From assembly GCF_039596335.1 (NCBI RefSeq), contig NZ_JBCNJZ010000009.1:59059-123058 (forward strand): 64,000 bases of DNA. The letters are read 5' to 3'. Under the pieces are notes generated by a model. It saw nothing but the letters and a program-made list of their open reading frames with translations. It had not been told where the DNA came from and did no database searches. Each line of letters opens with the position of its first letter. The stretch's first letter is position 1. The position numbers were made by a program, and so were the translations under genes. The DNA comes from Caulobacter sp. Lineage in GTDB: Bacteria > Pseudomonadota > Alphaproteobacteria > Caulobacterales > Caulobacteraceae. This document shows, one piece after another, positions 45,438-55,939 of this stretch.

Positions 45438-45560
45438 GGAGAGGGAGGGGCCCGCCGCGAAGCGGTGGGAGGGTGAGGGGCTACAGTGGTGGACGGCGTG
45501 CCGGCGCTCCGGCTGATCTCGTAACCCCTCACCCCAACCCTCTCCCTATGGGAGAGGGAG
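45424..45560. repeat. Composite inverted repeat element (family C) between two convergent genes
   Basis: The unit CCCTCTCCC-ata-GGGAGAGGG...GGGTGAGGGG sits at 45425-45480. Its inverted copy, CCCCTCACCC...CCCTCTCCC-tat-GGGAGAGGG, sits at 45526-45558. The DUF1295 gene stop codon lies inside the left unit. Confidence 0.8.
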
Positions 45561-45563
45561 CGA

Positions 45564-46319
45564 TTAGCTCTTCAACTTCTCAATCAACGCCATCGCCGCC
45601 GCCGGATTCCGCACCTTCGCCCCGGCGATGAAGTAGGCGAACACGTCCCCGCGCTCGGCCCATTTCCGCGTCTGCTGCACCACCCCGTCCAGTTCCTCTG
45701 AGCTCATGCCCGTGGGCTCGTCTTCCTTGCTCGACATCAGGCGGGCATAGGTGAAGTCGGCGGTGGGCTGGTCGATGCAGGGCCAGGTCGGCTCCTCGTC
45801 GTCCACGGCGTAGACGATGGCCGCGCCGTACTTGGCGGCCAGATCGTAGAACTCCTGGCAGGCGAAGGTCGGGCTGCGGACCTCCAGGGCGTGACGCAGC
45901 GCGACGCCCTTCTGCTCTTTTGGCAGCAATTTCAGGAAGCCCTCGAAATCGACGGGGTCGAACTTCTTGGTCGCCATGAACTGCCAGTTGATGGGACCCA
46001 GCTTGGGACCCAGCTCCTCCAGCCCTTGGGACAGGAACTTCTCCAGCGAGTCATTGCCCTCCGACAGCACCTTGCGATTGGTGCAGTAGCGGCTGGCCTT
46101 GACCGCGAACACGAAGTCGTCCGGCGTCTCGTCGCGCCACTTCTGCCAGCTGTTGGGCTTGAAGGTGGAGTAGTAGGTGCCGTTGATCTCGATGCTGGTC
46201 AGCTTGGACGCAGCGTATTTCAGCTCGTCCTTCTGCTTGACGTCATCGCCGTAGAAGGTCCCGCGCCAGGGCTCGAAGGTCCAGCCGCCGATGCCTGTCC
46301 GGATCACGCCCTTGGCCAT
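45564..46319 (-). CDS. DUF72-family protein
   Basis: IRTGIGGWTFEPWRGTFYGDD...LKYAASKLTSIEINGTYYS is the DUF72 signature. I chose ATG 46319. Confidence 0.88.
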   Translation of the reverse strand: MAKGVIRTGIGGWTFEPWRGTFYGDDVKQKDELKYAASKLTSIEINGTYYSTFKPNSWQKWRDETPDDFVFAVKASRYCTNRKVLSEGNDSLEKFLSQGLEELGPKLGPINWQFMATKKFDPVDFEGFLKLLPKEQKGVALRHALEVRSPTFACQEFYDLAAKYGAAIVYAVDDEEPTWPCIDQPTADFTYARLMSSKEDEPTGMSSEELDGVVQQTRKWAERGDVFAYFIAGAKVRNPAAAMALIEKLKS

Positions 46320-46406
46320 GGTTGTTCCCTTCCTGTTCTCGGCGCGCACCCTAGCATCGCCGCCGGGTTCGGCAAGGGTGGGAAGGACGACTGCTGACTC
46401 CTGCGG

Positions 46407-47795
46407 TCAGCACTCCACGCGGTTGACCGACAGGCCGACGGCCAGGCCGCCCATCGAGGTTTCCTTGTAGATCTCGTTCATGTCCTCGCCGGTCCGCTTC
46501 ATGGTGGCGATGACCTTGTCGAGGCTGACCGAGTGCTGGCCGTCGCCCAGCAGGGCCAGGCGGGCGGCATCGATGGCCTTGATCGCGCCCATGGCGTTAC
46601 GCTCGATGCAGGGGATCTGCACCAGGCCGCCGATCGGGTCGCAGGTCAGGCCCAGATTGTGCTCCATGCCGATCTCGGCGGCATTCTCGATCTGGGCGTT
46701 GGTGCCGCCCAAGGCCGCGGCCAGACCGGCCGCCGCCATCGAACAGGCCACGCCCACCTCGCCCTGGCAGCCGACCTCAGCCCCCGAGATCGAGGCATTG
46801 CGCTTGTAGAGCGCGCCGATCGCTGCCGCCGTCAGCAGGAAGGTGCGGATCTGCTCAGGCGCGCCCTTGTGGAAGCGCACAAAGAACCGCAGCACGGCCG
46901 GCACCAGGCCCGCGGCGCCGTTGGTCGGGGCGGTGACGACGCGGCCGCCGGCGGCGTTCTCCTCGTTGACCGCCATGGCCCACAGATTGACGAAGTCCAT
47001 GGCCGCCAGGGGATCGCTCATCTGGCGCTCCATCCGGCCTTGGATGGTCTGGTGGATCTGGCGGGCCCGGCGCTTGACGGTCAGGCCGCCGGGCAGGACG
47101 CCCTCCTGGCGCATGCCGCGATCAATGCAGGCCTCCATGGCCCCGAAGATGCGGTCGATGCCGGCGTTCATCTCGCCTTCGCTCATCCTAGCCAGCTCAT
47201 TGGCGGCCATGACCTCGGCGATGGTCAGGCCGGCGTCCTGGGCCCGCTGCAGCAGGTCCTCGCCGCTCTCGAACGGATAGGGGACGGCCGGGCCTTCCTC
47301 GGGCGGGGCATTGCGGCCCATCTCGCTCTCGTCGCGCACGAAGCCGCCGCCGACCGAGAAATAGGTGCGCTCGGCTAAAACCTCGCCGGCCTTGTCGAAG
47401 GCGGTGAAGGTGAGGCCATTGGGGTGTTGCGGCAGGCGCTCGTGGCCCAGCCAGACGATGTCGGTCGCCTCGTCGAAGGCGATAGGATGGTCGCCGCCCA
47501 GGTTGAGGGACTGGGTGGCTTGGCTTTCCAGCAGGGCCGCTTCGCCCGCGTCGGGATCGAGATCGGCGGGCACGAAGCCCATCAGGCCCAGGATCACGGC
47601 GCGGTCGGTGGCGTGGCCTTTGCCGGTCAGGGCCAGCGAGGCGTAGAGCCGGGTCTCGACCCGGGCGACGGCGGGCAGTTTCCCCGCGTCGCGCAGCCGG
47701 CCGATGAACATCACCGCGGCCGTCATCGGCCCCATGGTGTGACTGCTCGACGGGCCGACGCCGAGTTTGAAGAGGTCGAAGACGGAGGCGGTCAT
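46407..47795 (-). CDS. sdaA: L-serine ammonia-lyase (iron-sulfur, single-chain SdaA type)
   Basis: [21 protein letters not shown] at the N-terminus, a C-terminal alpha-domain with [13 protein letters not shown], and [20 protein letters not shown]. Confidence 0.95.
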   Translation of the reverse strand: MTASVFDLFKLGVGPSSSHTMGPMTAAVMFIGRLRDAGKLPAVARVETRLYASLALTGKGHATDRAVILGLMGFVPADLDPDAGEAALLESQATQSLNLGGDHPIAFDEATDIVWLGHERLPQHPNGLTFTAFDKAGEVLAERTYFSVGGGFVRDESEMGRNAPPEEGPAVPYPFESGEDLLQRAQDAGLTIAEVMAANELARMSEGEMNAGIDRIFGAMEACIDRGMRQEGVLPGGLTVKRRARQIHQTIQGRMERQMSDPLAAMDFVNLWAMAVNEENAAGGRVVTAPTNGAAGLVPAVLRFFVRFHKGAPEQIRTFLLTAAAIGALYKRNASISGAEVGCQGEVGVACSMAAAGLAAALGGTNAQIENAAEIGMEHNLGLTCDPIGGLVQIPCIERNAMGAIKAIDAARLALLGDGQHSVSLDKVIATMKRTGEDMNEIYKETSMGGLAVGLSVNRVEC

Positions 47796-47810
47796 ACAAA
47801 AACTCCCGCT

Positions 47811-47876
47811 GATCCCCGCGAAAGCGGGGACCCAAGCGGCACTTCAGAATGGATCCCCGCTTTCGCGGGGATGAGC
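47811..47876. repeat. Hairpin-armed inverted-repeat element (family D), compact copy
   Basis: gATCCCCGCGAAAGCGGGGACCCA, 16 nt, TGGATCCCCGCTTTCGCGGGGATgag. Each arm is a CCCCGC-gaaa-GCGGGG hairpin. Confidence 0.8.
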
Positions 47877-47886
47877 GAATATCGTG

Positions 47887-49542
47887 TTACTTCCGCTTCG
47901 ACGCCGTCTGGTCGCGCAGGGCCTTGAACTCCGAGCCGGCCTGCCATTGCGGCCAGACGCGGGAATTGGCGAGGTCCGCGCCGATCTCGTAGACCAGCCC
48001 CAGGTCCATGGCCTGGCCCGAGAGGTCCCAGTCCGCCGACCATTCGTCGGCCGGCTGGTGGTAGCGCTTCTCGTTGTAGTCGGCCTCGGCCTTCTCGCCG
48101 GCTTCCTTGCCGCCCTTCACCAGGTCGTTGCCCGAGCCGATCGAGATGGCCGGCACGCCGCGCTTGGCGAACGGGAAGTGGTCCGAGCGATAGAAATGGC
48201 CGGCCTGCGGGGTCGGGTCGGGCGTGAAGTAGCGGCCGTGCGCCTTGGCCTTGGCGGCCAGCATGTCCTGCAGGTCGACCTTGCCGTCGCCCGAGGTGGT
48301 GATGTCCTTGGCCGGACCGGCCGCCGACAGGGCGTCGATATTGATGTCGGCCACGGTGGTGGCGACCGGGAACAGCGGGTTGTCGGAATAGAATTCCGAA
48401 CCCAGCAGGCCCTTCTCCTCGGCGGTCACGGCCAGGAACAGGATCGAGCGCTGCGGCGCGGGCTGGCTCTTGAAGGCGCGGGCCAGTTCCAGAATGCCGG
48501 CGATGCCGTCGGCATTGTCCACCGCGCCGTTGTAGATCGTGTCGCCCTTGGCGTCCGGCGCGCCGATCCCCAGGTGGTCCCAGTGGCCGCTGTAGATGAT
48601 GGTCTCGTTCGGATATTTCGCGCCGACGATGCGGCCGGCGATGTTCTTGGAAACGATGGTCTCGTGCTTGACCTTGAAGTCGGCCGAGAAGGTCGCGCCC
48701 TTCAGCTCCACCGGCTTGAAGTCGCGGGTCTGGGCCTGCTTCTTCAGGGCGTCGAAATCCAGGCCCGCCTTCTTGAACAGGTCGACGGCCACGTCGCGCT
48801 GGATCCAGGCTTCCAGCTTGGGGTGGGTCTTGGCCGGGTCCTTGCGGACGATGTCGAACATCGTGTTGGTGTTGGAGTTCTTGACCGTGTTCCAACCGTA
48901 CGAGGCCGGGGCCGTTTCGTGGACGATCAGCACGCCGGCGGCGCCCAGGCGCGCGGCTTCCTCGAACTTGTAGGTCCAGCGACCGTAGTAGGTCATGGCC
49001 TTGCCGCCGAAGTCGCCTTCACCGGTTTCGAAGTCCGGGTCGTTGATCAGCACGACCAGGATCTTGCCCTTCACGTCCAGGCCCTTGAAGTCGTCCCAGT
49101 TGCGCTCGGGAGCCTTGACGCCATAGCCGGCGAAGACGATCGGCGCGTCCTTGATCGAGACGGCGTCGACATTGGTCATGGCCGCGCGGATGGCGATCTG
49201 CTCGCCCTGGTTCAGCATCACGTGGTCGTTGCCGACCATGGCGTGGGCGGTGACTGGGCCGGCGATCTCGAACTTCGCCAGCGGCACGTTCTGGGTCCAC
49301 GAGCGCGAACCATTCTTCTGGACGTCGCCGGCCGGCGTCAGGCCGATGGCCGCCATCTGGTCGACGATGTAGCCGACGGTCTTGGTTTCGCCGGCCGTGC
49401 CGGGGCCGCGACCCTCGAACGAGTCATCGGACAGCACCTTGATGTGGTTCGACAGCTTGGCGGGGTCGATCTTCGGCGCATCCGCGGCGTGGGCCAGTAT
49501 GGGCGCGGCGATCAGGACGGTGGCGAGCAACAGGCGTTTCAT
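47887..49542 (-). CDS. Secreted M28-family aminopeptidase with a PA domain
   Basis: Signal peptide MKRLLLATVLIAAPILAHA. Metal ligand motifs are YSGHWDHLG, GAVDNADG and VTAEEKGLLGS. I chose ATG 49542. Confidence 0.9.
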   Translation of the reverse strand: MKRLLLATVLIAAPILAHAADAPKIDPAKLSNHIKVLSDDSFEGRGPGTAGETKTVGYIVDQMAAIGLTPAGDVQKNGSRSWTQNVPLAKFEIAGPVTAHAMVGNDHVMLNQGEQIAIRAAMTNVDAVSIKDAPIVFAGYGVKAPERNWDDFKGLDVKGKILVVLINDPDFETGEGDFGGKAMTYYGRWTYKFEEAARLGAAGVLIVHETAPASYGWNTVKNSNTNTMFDIVRKDPAKTHPKLEAWIQRDVAVDLFKKAGLDFDALKKQAQTRDFKPVELKGATFSADFKVKHETIVSKNIAGRIVGAKYPNETIIYSGHWDHLGIGAPDAKGDTIYNGAVDNADGIAGILELARAFKSQPAPQRSILFLAVTAEEKGLLGSEFYSDNPLFPVATTVADINIDALSAAGPAKDITTSGDGKVDLQDMLAAKAKAHGRYFTPDPTPQAGHFYRSDHFPFAKRGVPAISIGSGNDLVKGGKEAGEKAEADYNEKRYHQPADEWSADWDLSGQAMDLGLVYEIGADLANSRVWPQWQAGSEFKALRDQTASKRK

Positions 49543-49579
49543 CGGCGGCCCTCTTGAGGAGCAAATCTTGGCGCGGAAC

Positions 49580-50773
49580 CTAGAGGGAGACCCGACGGCC
49601 GTCCACCGCCCAACGCTCCAGCCTCTCCCCATCCCAGACGTGCAGGGCGTCGTAGAGATTGATGGTCGGGTCGCAGTGCCCGGGCTGCAGCCAGACGACG
49701 TCGCCGACCTTCGGCGCGTCGGCCGGGAAGGGGCGGGCTGGATCGGCGTCGGCGGCGGCCACGGCCTGCGCAAAGCCCAGCGGGGCGCGGCCGGCGGCCT
49801 TCAGCACGTCGAGGGTGTCGGGATGGGCGATCATGCCGTGTTCGTCGCCCATCGGCCGCCACAGCGAGCCGGGCGCAGCCCCGGCGACCACCCGGGCCGG
49901 CGGACCGTCCACGGCGACGGCCTTGAAGCCGGCGTCGCAGACGACATGGCTCTTGTGGCGGGCCGAGATGACGCTGGCGGCGATGAACAGCGCCGGCTCG
50001 AACGGCCAGTCGCCGCCGCCTGGCGCGCCGCAGGCGTCGTACTCGACATCCATGACGGCGTAGGATCCGGCCTGAAGCTCGGTGAACACGCCCGAAGCCA
50101 GGTCGAAGGCGTGGGTGCCCGTGCCGCCGCCCGTCACCACCGGCGGGGGCAGGCCGGCGGCGGTCAGCTCGGCGACCAGGGCCTTCAGCGTGGCGAAGGC
50201 GGCCTCGCCGGCGCTGCGGCGCAGGGCCGCGTCGTCCAGGTGCTGCAGGTGGCCCAGATAGGCCTGGACGCCGGCGAAGCGCAGGCCCGGCGAGGCGTCG
50301 GCGGCGCGCGCCAGGCTCAGCGCCTCGTGCGGATAGACGCCCGTGCGGTGGGTGCCCAGATCCAGGTCGACGATCAGGTCCAGCTTGGTCCCGGCCGCCA
50401 CGGCGGCGTCGGACAGCTGGTCGATCTGGCCTTCGTCATCGGCCACGACTCCGACGGTCGCGCCGGCCCGGGCCAGGGCGGCCAGGCGCGGACCGGCCCA
50501 GGCGGCTTGCGGGGCGGTGACCAGGACATCGCGGACGCCGGCGGCCACGAAGGCCTCGGCCTCGCCGACCGTCTGGCAGCACAGGCCCACGGCCCCGCCC
50601 TCGACGATCAGCCGGCCCAGCGCGCCGCACTTGTGGGTCTTGCCATGGGCCCGCAGGCGAACCCCGGCGGCGTCGCACAGGGCCTGCATCTTGGCGAGGT
50701 TGCGGTCGAGCGCTGCGCGGTCGACGACGAGGAGCGGGGTCTGGGGGAGAAGGTCCGCGCGCGGAAAGTTCAT
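49580..50773 (-). CDS. DSD1-family PLP enzyme (D-threonine aldolase / D-serine dehydratase-like, alanine-racemase N-terminal fold)
   Basis: LRAHGKTHKC (PLP Lys), QAYLGHLQH and the C-terminal GHCDPT. ATG 50773 is preferred; the track start at 50800 lies inside the inverted-repeat arm. Confidence 0.82.
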   Translation of the reverse strand: MNFPRADLLPQTPLLVVDRAALDRNLAKMQALCDAAGVRLRAHGKTHKCGALGRLIVEGGAVGLCCQTVGEAEAFVAAGVRDVLVTAPQAAWAGPRLAALARAGATVGVVADDEGQIDQLSDAAVAAGTKLDLIVDLDLGTHRTGVYPHEALSLARAADASPGLRFAGVQAYLGHLQHLDDAALRRSAGEAAFATLKALVAELTAAGLPPPVVTGGGTGTHAFDLASGVFTELQAGSYAVMDVEYDACGAPGGGDWPFEPALFIAASVISARHKSHVVCDAGFKAVAVDGPPARVVAGAAPGSLWRPMGDEHGMIAHPDTLDVLKAAGRAPLGFAQAVAAADADPARPFPADAPKVGDVVWLQPGHCDPTINLYDALHVWDGERLERWAVDGRRVSL

Positions 50774-50793
50774 CTGTCTGTCCCCAACCCCAT

Positions 50794-50908
50794 CCGTCAT
50801 CCCGCGCTTTATGCGCGGGACCCATTTGTCCGCCGCAAGGGCAGAGGAAAGCTAGCCCTCACGTGCGAGCGGAACCATGGGTCCCGCGCATAAAGCGCGG
50901 GATGACGG
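50794..50908. repeat. 115-bp element with perfect 31-bp terminal inverted repeats (family D/E, MITE- or BIME-like)
   Basis: CCGTCATCCCGCGCTTTATGCGCGGGACCCA (50794-50824) is the exact reverse complement of 50878-50908. Each arm contains the hairpin TCCCGCGC-tttat-GCGCGGGA. The central 53 bp is unique. Confidence 0.9.
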
Positions 50909-50914
50909 GCGGAT

Positions 50915-51892
50915 TTAGAGCTCGCCTTGGAGGATGCGCGCGAACAACCCCGGATCCACATTCCCCCCCGACAGCACGATGACCGCCGCCTGGCCTTTCA
51001 GGTCGATCTTGCCGGTCAGGGCTGCGGTCAGGGCCACGCAGCCACCGGGCTCGACCACCAGTTTCAGCGTCGAGAAGGCGTAGCGCATGGCCTCGGCGAC
51101 CTCGGCGTCGGTGACGGCGACGATGCCCGACAGGGTCTTGCTGTTGATCGGCCAGGTCAGGTCGCCAGGGATCGGGGTCAGCAGGGCGTCGCAGATCGAG
51201 CGGGCGTCCTTGTCGATGGTCTCGCGGTCGCCGCTCTCCAGCGAGCGGCGGGTCTCGTCGAAGCCGGCCGGCTCGGCGCCCCAGACCTCCGTCGACGGAG
51301 ACAGGCCCTTCACCGCCGTCGAGGTCCCAGCGATCAGGCCGCCGCCGCCCACCGGCGAGAGCACGCGATCCAGTTCCACGCCCTGGGCGCGCGCCTGCTC
51401 GACCAGCTCGAGGCCCAGGGTGCCCTGGCCGGCGATGATGTGCGGATCGTCATAGGACGGCACGACCGTGCAGCCGCGCTCGGCGGCGATCTGGTCGGCG
51501 ATGGCGATGCGGTCCTCGGTGAAGCGGTCATAGAAGCGGATCTCTGCTCCGAAGCTCTTGGTCGCCTCGACCTTCACGCTGGGCGCATCGGTCGGCATGA
51601 CGATCAGGGCCGGGATCTCCAGCAGCCGGGCCGCCAGCGCCACGCCCTGGGCGTGGTTGCCCGAGGAGAAGGCCACGACGCCGCGCACCTTCTCTTCGTC
51701 GGTCAGCTGACTGAGGCGGTTATAGGCGCCGCGGAACTTGAACGCGCCGGCCCGCTGCAGGGTCTCGGGCTTGAGAAGCACCCGACCGCCCAGGCGCTCA
51801 TTCAGCGCCGGGTTCTCGATCAGCGGAGTCTCGACGGCCAGGCCCTTAAGGCGTGCGGCGGCGGCTTGGATGTCGGCGAGGGAGATGGTCAT
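50915..51892 (-). CDS. Threonine/serine dehydratase-family PLP enzyme (serine racemase / threo-3-hydroxyaspartate ammonia-lyase-like)
   Basis: AGAFKFRGAYN (PLP Lys), FSSGNHAQGVA and SPVGGGGLIAG, 325 aa with no regulatory ACT domain. Confidence 0.88.
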   Translation of the reverse strand: MTISLADIQAAAARLKGLAVETPLIENPALNERLGGRVLLKPETLQRAGAFKFRGAYNRLSQLTDEEKVRGVVAFSSGNHAQGVALAARLLEIPALIVMPTDAPSVKVEATKSFGAEIRFYDRFTEDRIAIADQIAAERGCTVVPSYDDPHIIAGQGTLGLELVEQARAQGVELDRVLSPVGGGGLIAGTSTAVKGLSPSTEVWGAEPAGFDETRRSLESGDRETIDKDARSICDALLTPIPGDLTWPINSKTLSGIVAVTDAEVAEAMRYAFSTLKLVVEPGGCVALTAALTGKIDLKGQAAVIVLSGGNVDPGLFARILQGEL

Positions 51893-52030
51893 GGCGCAGG
51901 TTTATGGCCCCAGGCCTGACGTTTGGGAACCGTCCGGATCCGCCTGAAATGTTGCATTCACGAAACCCTTTCGGACCTCTACCGTTAGCGCCATATAGAT
52001 GCTGGGGGCTCAGCTGTTCAGGACGACTTC

Positions 52031-52639
52031 ATGAAGACCGCACCATTCGCCGTCGCGGCGCTTGCCGCGCTGGGCTGCGCCGCGCCCGCTTGGGCCGGCG
52101 AAGCCTATATCGGCGTCTTCAAACACGATGTGACCTTCATCGGCGAGGCGGTCGGCCTGGGCGCAGCCGGGCGCGAGAAGGGCGTCGACGTCCATCTGGG
52201 TTATCGCACCGCCCGCATCGAGAGCCTGCGCTGGCTGGGCCGGCCGCAGGCCCACGCCATGGTCTCGATCAACAGCAAGAACACCTCGAACTTCGTGGCC
52301 GCCGGCCTCAACTGGAAGATCGATCTGGGCAAGCCGGGCGGCTTCTATCTGCGGCCGGGCATGGGTCTGGCCTATACCGACGGCGAGGCCGGCCTGCCGC
52401 CTGCCAACGCTCCGAACCTGACGCCCGAGGAGCGCGCGCGCCGCACGCATCTCTATTACACCCGCATCGATTTTGGCTCGCACGTGCTGTTCGAGCCGGA
52501 GCTGGCCCTGGGCTACCAGGTCAATGATCGGATGTCGGTCGAGCTTTCCTATACCCACCTGTCGAACGGCCAGATCTTCCACCAGGGCAAGAACCAGGGG
52601 CTTGACGACGCAGGGGTTCGGCTGGTTTACGCCTTCTGA
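52031..52639 (+). CDS. Acyloxyacyl hydrolase / lipid A 3-O-deacylase (PagL-like) outer-membrane protein
   Basis: Signal peptide ending AWA and a beta-barrel-like alternating pattern. SYTHLSNGQIF matches the H-x-S-N catalytic motif. C-terminal aromatic residue (YAF). Confidence 0.65.
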   Translation: MKTAPFAVAALAALGCAAPAWAGEAYIGVFKHDVTFIGEAVGLGAAGREKGVDVHLGYRTARIESLRWLGRPQAHAMVSINSKNTSNFVAAGLNWKIDLGKPGGFYLRPGMGLAYTDGEAGLPPANAPNLTPEERARRTHLYYTRIDFGSHVLFEPELALGYQVNDRMSVELSYTHLSNGQIFHQGKNQGLDDAGVRLVYAF

Positions 52640-52761
52640 CTTCGCGAAGCGCGCATCGACGCTGCTCGTGACGCCGCCAAAAATCTGCGAAACGTCCTGG
52701 GTCGAGTCCTGTCGAAGGACCCTGTGACGTCACCCGGCGGGCGATAAGGCGTATCTCCATC

Positions 52762-54048
52762 ATGGCCAACGTGACCGTCGTCGGCGCCCAGTGGGGCGAT
52801 GAAGGCAAGGGCAAGATCGTCGACTGGCTCAGCAACCGGGCCGATGTCGTCGTCCGCTTCCAGGGCGGCCACAACGCCGGCCACACGCTGGTCGTCGACG
52901 GCAAGGTCTACAAGCTGGCCCTGCTGCCCTCGGGCGTCGTGCAGGGCAAGCGGTCGGTGATCGGCAACGGCGTCGTTGTCGACCCCTGGCACCTGCTGGG
53001 TGAGATCGACAAGATCGCCGACCAGGGCGTCAATATCTCGCCCGAGCTGCTGATCCTGGCCGACAACGCCTGCCTGATCCTGCCGCTGCATCGTGACCTG
53101 GACCAGGCCCGCGAGGCCGCCTCGACCCAGAAGATCGGCACCACCGGCCGCGGCATCGGCCCGGCCTATGAGGACAAGGTCGGCCGTCGCGCCATTCGCG
53201 TCGCCGACCTGGCCGATCCGGAAGCCCTGAAGCCGAAGATCGAGCGCCTGCTCAGCCACCACGGCGCCTTGCGTCGCGGCCTGAACCTGCCGGAGGCTTC
53301 GGCGCAAGAGCTGTACGACGCCCTCATGGAGCTGGCCCCGCGCATCCTGCCCTACGCCCAGCCGGCGTGGCGGGTGCTGGACCAGGCGCACAAGGCCGGC
53401 CGCAAGATCCTGTTCGAGGGCGCGCAAGGCTCGCTTCTGGACGTCGACCACGGCACTTACCCCTTTGTGACCTCGTCCAATACGGCGGCGGGGCAGGCCT
53501 CGGCCGGCTCGGGCATGGGTCCGTCGGCGACCGGCTTCGTGCTGGGCATCGTCAAGGCCTACACCACCCGCGTGGGTGAAGGTCCGTTCCCGGCCGAGCT
53601 GTTCGACGAGGTCGGCCAGCACCTGTCGACCGTCGGCCGCGAAGTCGGCGTCAACACCGGCCGCGCCCGCCGCTGCGGCTGGTTCGACTCGGTGCTGGTG
53701 CGCCAGTCGGTGGCCATCAACGGCATCCACGGCGTGGCCCTGACCAAGCTGGACGTGCTGGACGGCCTGAAGACCCTGAAGATCTGCGTCGGCTACAAGA
53801 TCGGCGACAAGGTCGTCGACTATCTGCCGGCCGGCCTGCGCGACCAGGCCGCCGCCACGCCGATCTATGAGGAGATCGAGGGCTGGACGGAAAGCACCGC
53901 CGGCGCCCGCTCGTTCAAGGACCTCAACGCCAACGCCATCAAGTATGTGCGCCGCGTTGAGGAGCTGATCGGCGCCCCGGTGGCCCTGCTGTCGACGAGC
54001 CCCGAGCGCGACGACACCATCCTGATGCGCGATCCCTTCCAAGGATAG
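52762..54048 (+). CDS. purA: Adenylosuccinate synthase
   Basis: [45 protein letters not shown] and TGRARRCGW. Confidence 0.97.
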   Translation: MANVTVVGAQWGDEGKGKIVDWLSNRADVVVRFQGGHNAGHTLVVDGKVYKLALLPSGVVQGKRSVIGNGVVVDPWHLLGEIDKIADQGVNISPELLILADNACLILPLHRDLDQAREAASTQKIGTTGRGIGPAYEDKVGRRAIRVADLADPEALKPKIERLLSHHGALRRGLNLPEASAQELYDALMELAPRILPYAQPAWRVLDQAHKAGRKILFEGAQGSLLDVDHGTYPFVTSSNTAAGQASAGSGMGPSATGFVLGIVKAYTTRVGEGPFPAELFDEVGQHLSTVGREVGVNTGRARRCGWFDSVLVRQSVAINGIHGVALTKLDVLDGLKTLKICVGYKIGDKVVDYLPAGLRDQAAATPIYEEIEGWTESTAGARSFKDLNANAIKYVRRVEELIGAPVALLSTSPERDDTILMRDPFQG

Positions 54049-54116
54049 CGAGGGCCTGATGCGCGATCCCTTTCAGGGATAGCGAAGGCATGATGCGCGA
54101 CCCCGTCCAGGGCTGA
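54023..54116 (+). repeat. 34-bp tandem repeat (about 2.8 copies) reiterating the last 7 codons plus stop of purA
   Basis: Copy 1 (54023-54056) is TGATGCGCGATCCCTTCCAAGGATAGCGAGGGCC. Copy 2 (54057-54090) is TGATGCGCGATCCCTTTCAGGGATAGCGAAGGCA. Copy 3 (54091-54116) is TGATGCGCGACCCCGTCCAGGGCTGA. Confidence 0.9.
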
Positions 54117-54125
54117 ACAAAGCGT

Positions 54126-54161
54126 ACGGCCGGCGTCGAATTCGGCGCCGGTCGGCCGTTT
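54126..54161 (+). terminator. Candidate intrinsic terminator downstream of purA
   Basis: GC-rich hairpin ACGGCCGGCG-loop-CGCCGG(tcgg)CCGT, followed by TTTGG. The U-tract is short. Confidence 0.4.
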
Positions 54162-54277
54162 GGTAAAGTTTGTTGAACGTTGTGCGCCTAGCGTCCGCCA
54201 CAACTGTGGTGACGAAAGGTCGGCCCGTGGGTTTGCGCGAGGTTCTGGACGACGGGGCGGATGAGGCCATTCTCATC

Positions 54278-55935
<1,658 letters not shown>

Positions 55936-55939
<4 letters not shown>

